63,759 nucleotides of DNA from assembly GCA_023132155.1 (NCBI GenBank), contig JAGLYP010000028.1, forward strand, positions 1 to 63,759, given 5' to 3'. This document shows positions 57,319 to 63,759 of this stretch, in pieces. This stretch comes from Candidatus Parcubacteria bacterium. GTDB lineage: Bacteria > Patescibacteriota > Patescibacteriia > Patescibacteriales > UBA12075. The translations under genes and the position numbers were made by a program. Below the pieces are notes generated by a model, which searched no databases, was not told the origin of the DNA, and worked only from the letters and a program-made list of their open reading frames with translations. Position 1 is the stretch's first letter; each line of letters starts with the position of its first letter.

Positions 57319-58443
57319 TCAAGCCCCCTCTTTAAATTTTTTCATTTTTTCATTTATAAAATCTTTTATTTCCCGTTTAAATCTGCTTTTGGAAAATTTT
57401 AAGGCATGCTCTCTTATTTTATAAGAATCCCATGCCTTAGAAAAATTTTTAACTGCCAAAGCTATTGCTTCCGGACTTTCATCATGAAAAAACATTCCGG
57501 TCTCTCCTTCTAAAACCGTTTCTTTGGCACCTCCCCTGTTTAAGGCGATAACCGGCCGGCCTGAAGCCATTGCCTCAACTATGGTTATGCCAAAATCTTC
57601 TCTTTGCGGATTAATAAACGCCTGGCATTCGCTAAAAAGCTTATTTCTTTCTTTATCTGTTACTCGACCTAAAAATTCAATATTTTTATCGTCTCCAGCC
57701 AGTTTTTTTAACCGTTCCATATCAATGCCATCTCCAAAAATTTTTAGTTTATATTTTTTCTCAAATTCTTGATTTAATCTTTTAAAAGCTTTAATAACAA
57801 TATCATTACGCTTATAAGGAACCAGCCGGCAGCCGGTTAAAAAATAATCACCTTGTTTTTTGGAGATATAAAATTGATCCTCTTCCACGCTTGGGTAAAT
57901 TATAGTGGAGCTATGTTTATAATATTTTTTAATTCTTTTTTGTACTGTTTTTGAATTAGCAATATAAAAATCAACCCTATCGGCGGCTATTTTATCCCAA
58001 ATCCTGACATAATTCAAAATTAAAGAAATAATTTTTTTAAAATATTTATTATATTTTAATTCATTGATATATTGATGGGTATCGCTCCATAAATACCTAG
58101 TGGGAGTATGGCAATAACAAATATGCAGACATTCAGGAGTCGTGATGACTCCCTTTGCAAAAGAGCTTGTACTGGAAATAACTAAATCGTAATCAGTTAA
58201 ATCAAAAAATTCAACAGCCATGGGCATAAAAGGCATATACCATTTATAATACTTTGCGCTTCCGGGAAGTTTTTGTATTATGGAAGATTCAATATGGGTA
58301 TTTGGAAAATTTTTTTCTATATTTTTTTGTCTATACAACAAAGTGTATACCGGCGCGTCTGGAAACATTTCTATTAATACCTGCAAAACCTTTTCAGCGC
58401 CGCCCATTTGAGCCAGATGATCGTGAATTAGTGCTACTCTCAT
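57319..58443 (-). CDS. GT4 glycosyltransferase (WbaZ-like)
   Basis: HDHL.QMGGAEKV, YCHTPTRYLW, EDFGITIVEAMASG. Confidence 0.92.
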   Translation of the reverse strand: MRVALIHDHLAQMGGAEKVLQVLIEMFPDAPVYTLLYRQKNIEKNFPNTHIESSIIQKLPGSAKYYKWYMPFMPMAVEFFDLTDYDLVISSTSSFAKGVITTPECLHICYCHTPTRYLWSDTHQYINELKYNKYFKKIISLILNYVRIWDKIAADRVDFYIANSKTVQKRIKKYYKHSSTIIYPSVEEDQFYISKKQGDYFLTGCRLVPYKRNDIVIKAFKRLNQEFEKKYKLKIFGDGIDMERLKKLAGDDKNIEFLGRVTDKERNKLFSECQAFINPQREDFGITIVEAMASGRPVIALNRGGAKETVLEGETGMFFHDESPEAIALAVKNFSKAWDSYKIREHALKFSKSRFKREIKDFINEKMKKFKEGA

Positions 58444-58509
58444 GTTGTTTATTTGTATTACGTTTAAATTATCGTAACAAATTTTTAATTTCTAATTTTG
58501 TTAATTTTT

Positions 58510-59925
58510 TTACTCAGCCAATCTACTCCTAAACACTGCCAAAGGAGTTCTTATAAGGATTGATAAATCCAGTAAAATTGACCAATTTTCAATGTAATAC
58601 GTGTCAAGTTTAACCTCTTCTTCAAAGCTTAAATCGCTTCTTCCGGAAATCTGCGCCATGCCGGTCATTCCAGGTTTTATAGTTAAAACTTTTTTGTGAT
58701 GATGTTCATAGCGCGCGACTTCTTCCGGCAGATGCGGCCTTGGTCCGACTAAACTCATTTTTCCGGTAAAAACCAAAAATAATTCCGGCAATTCATCTAT
58801 GCTAAAATGTCGGATAAATTCGCCGAATCTGGTAATTCTCGGATCATCCTGTATCTTAACCATGGGTCCGTCGTTTCTTGTATTGCGGCCAGCCAGCTCT
58901 GAGTATCTCAAGTTGTCGGTTTTTGGAATCATGGAACGGAACTTAAAATAATGAAATAAATTACCCCCTTGCCCAACTCGATATAGAAGCGAATTATCGT
59001 CTTTCCTGGAAAAAAATATCGGTCCTTTAGAATCAATTTTGATAATTATAACCGTCAAAATCAAAATTGGGCTAAAAATTACAATCAAAACGGAAGAGCC
59101 GATTAAATCAAAAATTCTTTTTGCTATTCTCCCCCATCCGTCAAGCGGAGTTTTTTTGACTTCAATTATCGGAATACCGGCAATTTCATTTACCTCGGTT
59201 TTTAAAACTTTCGCGTCCAATAAATCCGCAACATATTTAAAAACGATATGATGCTCATCGGCAAAATCGTAAAGCCTTAAAATTTCTCCCTTGCTTAAAT
59301 TAGGATTACTCTGGATAACTTCATCAACCTCTTTTAATTTTAAAAATTCTTCCAGTTCTTGCGCGGATTCAATGCTAAAATCCCTTAGGCGCTTAACAAT
59401 CTTGTATCCGAAAGCGCTTGAAGATGAAAATTTTTTAATGAGATTATCAGCGGTTTTGCTGTTGCCGACTAAAACAACTTTATGGACTCCGATGCCTTTT
59501 TTAAATAACGATCTTTGGATTAAACGAATTACAATTCTTGCTAAACTTATATAAAAAACCGCTAAAATCAGCCCTGCTAAAACAATAAAGCGAGAATCAA
59601 ATAATTCACGCCGCATAAATATCAATATCACTATCAACATAAAGCCGGTTGAACACGCCAACACTACCCGATAAATTTCTTTAATCAATTTTCGCGCGCT
59701 TTTTATGGAGTAAAGCCCGGCAAAAGCAAAAATAATAATCCATAAAATCGCGATCGCGATTAATACTTTGAAATACCCGTTAAAATTCAAATCAAAAATT
59801 ATCGGACGATATTCTTGAAAAAAATCAGCATACCGAATATAGTACGCTGATACGCCTGCCAAAATTATTGCCATGTAATCCAACGGAATCAATAAAAATG
59901 AAAAAAATAGTTCGCTTCGTTTCAT
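58510..59925 (-). CDS. Polyprenyl-phosphate sugar phosphotransferase (WcaJ/WbaP-like)
   Basis: KRIFD, KFRSM, DDPRITRFG, SIDELP, MSLVGPRP; start at MKRSELFF because the upstream extension lies in rnpB. Confidence 0.93.
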   Translation of the reverse strand: MKRSELFFSFLLIPLDYMAIILAGVSAYYIRYADFFQEYRPIIFDLNFNGYFKVLIAIAILWIIIFAFAGLYSIKSARKLIKEIYRVVLACSTGFMLIVILIFMRRELFDSRFIVLAGLILAVFYISLARIVIRLIQRSLFKKGIGVHKVVLVGNSKTADNLIKKFSSSSAFGYKIVKRLRDFSIESAQELEEFLKLKEVDEVIQSNPNLSKGEILRLYDFADEHHIVFKYVADLLDAKVLKTEVNEIAGIPIIEVKKTPLDGWGRIAKRIFDLIGSSVLIVIFSPILILTVIIIKIDSKGPIFFSRKDDNSLLYRVGQGGNLFHYFKFRSMIPKTDNLRYSELAGRNTRNDGPMVKIQDDPRITRFGEFIRHFSIDELPELFLVFTGKMSLVGPRPHLPEEVARYEHHHKKVLTIKPGMTGMAQISGRSDLSFEEEVKLDTYYIENWSILLDLSILIRTPLAVFRSRLAE

Positions 59926-59947
59926 AAAACTTGATAATATAACAAAA

Positions 59948-60438
59948 ATATCAGGACAAGCTATAAGCCGGATCCTGTCCTCCTGCGCTGAAGCTTCGGA
60001 GGACAAGTTCCCTATTTCTTTAAAAAAAAGAGAGCCTGCCCTCCGAAGCTGTAAACGTAGGAGGGGCAATCATTTATCTAGCCCGATTATTGCCAATCGG
60101 GTCATGCGAGCCACTTTTTTCGCGTGGAAGCAAAGCTTCTTTAACGCGATTTGCTCTTGCTTTAGACAGGGTTTACCGCGTACACTCTGTTGCCAGAGGA
60201 CGAGATTTATAGCTTTTTATCTCGAGAACAAAAAACACCAAATCACTTTTCACCTTTCACCAGCGCGAAAGCGCTGGTTAGTATTGTCTCTGTGGCACTT
60301 TCCCTGGAATTTCTTCCGGTGGGCGTTACCCACTGTCGCTTTCATTTTGGATAAAATCCATGCTGGATAAAACCAAAAATCAAAGTCCGGACTTTCCTCC
60401 CCGGTTATACCGGGGTAATTGCCCGCTTATCCTGATAT
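59948..60438 (-). ncRNA. rnpB: RNase P RNA
   Basis: GAGGAAAGUCCGG, GGAAAGUGCCACAGA, GGUAAACC, AAGCAAG, UAGAUAAAUG, ACAGGAUCCGGCUUAU in order; P1 AUAUCAGGAUAAGC/GCUUGUCCUGAUAU. Confidence 0.95.
59979..60064. repeat. Inverted-repeat doublet within rnpB P19 region
   Basis: CCTCCTGCGCTGAAGCTTCGGAGGACAAG vs reverse complement of CCTGCCCTCCGAAGCTGTAAACGTAGGAGG. Confidence 0.75.
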
Positions 60439-60526
60439 TTTTATTATTTTAAATATCCTAAAATTAAAAAGACAACTTTTTATCGTCTTCTATAAAGTAA
60501 CATATTAAAGCATTAAAGTCAATTTT

Positions 60527-61438
60527 TTAAACCCTGGAATATTTTCCGACCGCGATTAAACTGGCAAACATATTTATAAGCGAACCGGCTAAAAATTGCA
60601 TGCCGAAAATAGTAAACATGTTTCCATAAAAAAAGTCAAGCAAATTTACATTGTAACCGACAAAAAAGGCTTCGAGATAAGGTTGTAAAAGCGACAAAAA
60701 GGGATAAAAAATAAGCATTATCGCCGCTACTCCAAAAAACGCGTATATCAGGCCTGATATCAAATATGGCATTTGAATAAACCAGTTAGATGCTCCGACC
60801 AATTTCATTATTGTAATTTGCCGGCGGTGGGTATATATCGCGACGCGCACTGAATTGTAAATAACCAAAATCGTAATCATAATAAAAATGGCGCTTAAAA
60901 ATATGCCTGCCTCAGTTACTTTTCTTGTAATACTATTTATTTTTTCCAATAATGCTTTATAATTCGTAAAATTCCTTGATTCAATAATATTTTCATCAAG
61001 CGCGTTTAAACGATTGACTAAATTGTCAAAAACATCTAAATTTTTCGGTTTAATCACTAACGTCGGCGTAAGCGGATTAATATTTAATTCTCGTAAAGCC
61101 TCCAAAATTTCCGGATTATCCTGATGCTTCTCTTTGAAGTTTTTCAGGGCTTGGGCGTTTGAAATATACTCAACGTTTTTCACTTCGTTTAAATTATTTA
61201 TTTTTGCTTTCAGAGCCAATATTTCATCTTCCTTCGCGTTTGGCTTTAAATAAAGATTAACATCAATTTTTTCCTCAACCGCCTCGACCGCCATATCGCC
61301 GATTACTTTAACCATCAAAAGCATATTAACCGTAAACAAGGCTAAAATTAAAATAATTACCGTAACCAAAGACAGCCAGATATTTCTAAATATATCTTGC
61401 AGGCTAAATTTAATAATTCTGGCAAAAGAAAAAAACAT
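60527..61438 (-). CDS. ftsX: Cell division permease FtsX
   Basis: RNIWLS, NPL, IMKLVGASNWFIQMP; follows ftsE. Confidence 0.93.
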   Translation of the reverse strand: MFFSFARIIKFSLQDIFRNIWLSLVTVIILILALFTVNMLLMVKVIGDMAVEAVEEKIDVNLYLKPNAKEDEILALKAKINNLNEVKNVEYISNAQALKNFKEKHQDNPEILEALRELNINPLTPTLVIKPKNLDVFDNLVNRLNALDENIIESRNFTNYKALLEKINSITRKVTEAGIFLSAIFIMITILVIYNSVRVAIYTHRRQITIMKLVGASNWFIQMPYLISGLIYAFFGVAAIMLIFYPFLSLLQPYLEAFFVGYNVNLLDFFYGNMFTIFGMQFLAGSLINMFASLIAVGKYSRV

Positions 61439-61439
61439 A

Positions 61440-62120
61440 TTATAATATATATTTACCAACCGCTTGATCGCTGATTATCGTACCGTCATCAATAGTTACA
61501 ACTCTGCGCCTCAAGTTATTAACCACTTCGCGATTATGTGTAACCAAAATTACGGTTGTGCCGAATTTATTTATTCTTAATAACAATTCAATTATTTCGT
61601 TGGCGTTAATTGAGTCTAAATTTCCCGTCGGCTCATCAGCTAAAAGAATTTTTGGCCGATGAACAAGCGCGCGGGCAATTGCCGCTCTCTGCTGTTCTCC
61701 GCCTGATATTTCCTGAGGATAACTGCTAATCTTTTTTTCCAAACCGACAATTTTCATAACATGCGGAACTATTTTTTTAATTTTAGCCGGCCGGCCGCCG
61801 CACACCTGCATGGCAAAGGCGACATTTTCAAATAAAGTTTTTTTATTTAATAATTTAAAATCCTGAAAAATAACGCCAATCTGCCGCCTGAGTATGGGGA
61901 TTTCCCTTTGTCCGATGTCGGTAATATCCCAGCCGCCAATAATTATTTTGCCCTCATCAACCTGCTCCTCGCCGATCATTGTTTTAACAAGAGTGGTTTT
62001 TCCGGTTCCGGATTGTCCGACAATTGAAACAAATTCTCCAGGCTTAACGTGGAGATTTATTTTATTCAAAGCTTTCCCGCTTTTATTATATATTTTTGAA
62101 ACATTATGAAATCTAATCAT
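61440..62120 (-). CDS. ftsE: Cell division ATP-binding protein FtsE
   Basis: GQSGTGKTT, VIFQDFKLL, SGGEQQR, ADEPTGNLD. Confidence 0.95.
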   Translation of the reverse strand: MIRFHNVSKIYNKSGKALNKINLHVKPGEFVSIVGQSGTGKTTLVKTMIGEEQVDEGKIIIGGWDITDIGQREIPILRRQIGVIFQDFKLLNKKTLFENVAFAMQVCGGRPAKIKKIVPHVMKIVGLEKKISSYPQEISGGEQQRAAIARALVHRPKILLADEPTGNLDSINANEIIELLLRINKFGTTVILVTHNREVVNNLRRRVVTIDDGTIISDQAVGKYIL

Positions 62121-63727
62121 ATTTGTTTTAAACCATATTGAATTAATTTTTCTGTTTCCGTGAAACTACCCGCGCGAGTCTCTGCGCCAAAAGTAACTAC
62201 TATTAAATTACTGTAAATATTTTTTAAAACCCTGGTCATTAGACAATAGCCCGCTTCATGCAAATAGCCGGTCTTAGAGCCGTTAATTGTATATTTGTCT
62301 GTTCTGATTATATGGTTGGTATTTCTAATTCGATGGAATTTTTCCGTGTTAACCGTATAAAATTCATATTTTTCCATAGTGCTTGCCTTGGCGATAATCG
62401 GATGTTTCAACACCTCTCTCGTTATTATAGCATAATCCAGCGCGGAACTCACATTTTCCGGAGCAAGACCGGTCGGTTCAATAAAATGTGTCGTGCCGGC
62501 TCCCCAACGCTTAACTTTGGAATTCATTTTTGCGATGAACGCGCCACGGCTTAAAGGACTGACACGCACTAGCGATTCAACGGTATTGTTGGCTGAGCCG
62601 ACAAGCGAAGTATAAATTAAATCATTAATAGTTAAAGTTTCACCATTTTCAATATTTAAACTGGCTGATTCCCATTCATTAACATGTTCATAGTTATATT
62701 CAGCGTCAGCAGATGAATAAGCCACAACTTTACTAAGCGTGGGCCTGGTATCTAAAAAAACTTTTACCGCGACCAACTTTGTTAAACTTGCCAAAGGCAA
62801 ACTGCTTGTGCTATTTTTTTCCAAAAATACTCTTCCGCTCCCCTCTTCCATAACAACGGCCGCCTTTGCGGATACTTTTGGCTCAATACCGATTCCCTCA
62901 GGCGCGATGCTTAAAATATTACTATTGCTTAATTTGGCAATATGCAAAGGCTCAACATAAACATCAATAATCCCCTCGCCCAAAGAAGCAATCCGCGCGA
63001 AAGCGTTTTTCTCCAAATCAATTACCCGATTTGGAAATTTTTGCCTTTCCGGACCATAATCATTAATTTCCACATCAACAAATTTTCCATTTTCCATATT
63101 ATATACGCGTAATTTAGAACCTTTTGGAAAATCCGGCGAAGCCGCGTAGTTTCCGCTTTTATACGCGTACCAACTAGCCCGACCGACAGTCAATGTATTT
63201 GGAAATGAAAAAATCGCCAAACGCGCGTAAGGCAGATGAATTAAAGACCGCACAAAATTTTCTTTAGGAAAATCCCTGGTTGGCAAAGGCCGCCAAGTGC
63301 CGAAATTTTTATCATAAAAAAATACTTGCTTATAACTATTATTATCTTCGTTGTAGGAAAACTGAATATAAAAAGGCTTGTGGTTGTCATACGCGGATTT
63401 ATTTTTAAATTCAAATTGATAAATATCGCTAATTAAATTTAGCTTCCACGGAGCGGGCAAATCTTCATGCAATTCACAAATCTCAACTCGCGTAGCTTCG
63501 TCCAAAATTCCCGGCACTAAAGACAATTTTAATTTATCCGCGAACGCGCTAACGGTATAGCCTTTCGCGATTGTATCTTTATCAAGATTGATACTGAAAT
63601 ACTTATTTAAATTTTCCGTCTTTTCCGCGCTTGAAGAGGCTTCCGCTTTAACGTTGTTCGCGGATAAAACGAAAAAAAGCAATAAAAAAAAGCCGATAAC
63701 ACTGATATTTATTTTATTTTTTGTCAT
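62117..63727 (-). CDS. Secreted fusion: RlpA-like DPBB domain plus S11 D-Ala-D-Ala peptidase
   Basis: GRASWY, INDYGP, RVIDL; ASLTK (SxxK), SAN (SxN), SKTGY (KTG). Confidence 0.85.
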   Translation of the reverse strand: MTKNKINISVIGFFLLLFFVLSANNVKAEASSSAEKTENLNKYFSINLDKDTIAKGYTVSAFADKLKLSLVPGILDEATRVEICELHEDLPAPWKLNLISDIYQFEFKNKSAYDNHKPFYIQFSYNEDNNSYKQVFFYDKNFGTWRPLPTRDFPKENFVRSLIHLPYARLAIFSFPNTLTVGRASWYAYKSGNYAASPDFPKGSKLRVYNMENGKFVDVEINDYGPERQKFPNRVIDLEKNAFARIASLGEGIIDVYVEPLHIAKLSNSNILSIAPEGIGIEPKVSAKAAVVMEEGSGRVFLEKNSTSSLPLASLTKLVAVKVFLDTRPTLSKVVAYSSADAEYNYEHVNEWESASLNIENGETLTINDLIYTSLVGSANNTVESLVRVSPLSRGAFIAKMNSKVKRWGAGTTHFIEPTGLAPENVSSALDYAIITREVLKHPIIAKASTMEKYEFYTVNTEKFHRIRNTNHIIRTDKYTINGSKTGYLHEAGYCLMTRVLKNIYSNLIVVTFGAETRAGSFTETEKLIQYGLKQI

Positions 63728-63759
63728 GTTTTTTCTGAAGCTTAGCTTCGGGTACCCGA

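Noticed and set aside
59926..60370. N-terminal extension of the sugar transferase and 88-aa ORF 60104-60370
   Set aside because: Both lie within rnpB.
63735..63759. Small palindromes at window end
   Set aside because: Truncated by window edge; cannot be classified.

Overview
AT-rich bacterial chromosome segment (standard code 11). Gene content, SD-less A/T-rich leaders and secreted repeat proteins suggest a CPR/Patescibacteria (Parcubacteria-like) organism; this is inference. 1-20 kb is a variable surface-glycosylation region (GT2, GT4, flippase, GT-C) interrupted by cargo: AbiEi/AbiEii, an AbrB-like gene, a Cys-rich secreted protein, a TIGR04141/DUF6119-like protein and a Fic-HTH gene, with gene relics at the junctions. 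20-64 kb is mostly core: pilT, lepA, recJ, RNase HI, dedA, def, clpB with CIRCE, amrS/amrB, gltX, M23 peptidase, a Xer recombinase with an adjacent dif-like site, serS, glycosyltransferases, an unusually long RNase P RNA, ftsEX and an RlpA/DD-peptidase fusion. No CRISPR array, rRNA, tRNA, RT or transposase was recognised. Most notable non-coding signals: (1) a small GIY-YIG nuclease framed by perfect 36-bp inverted repeats belonging to a TGTCAT...ATC palindrome family scattered across the window as gene-less doublets with decaying outer half-copies, a candidate GIY-YIG-driven REP/REPIN system; (2) a three-copy leader element with a nested mini-insert; (3) three different direct-repeat triplets sharing 11+12 bp spacing behind the Fic-HTH gene; (4) repeated abrB 3'-end relics at cargo junctions; (5) an inverted-repeat doublet inside RNase P RNA.
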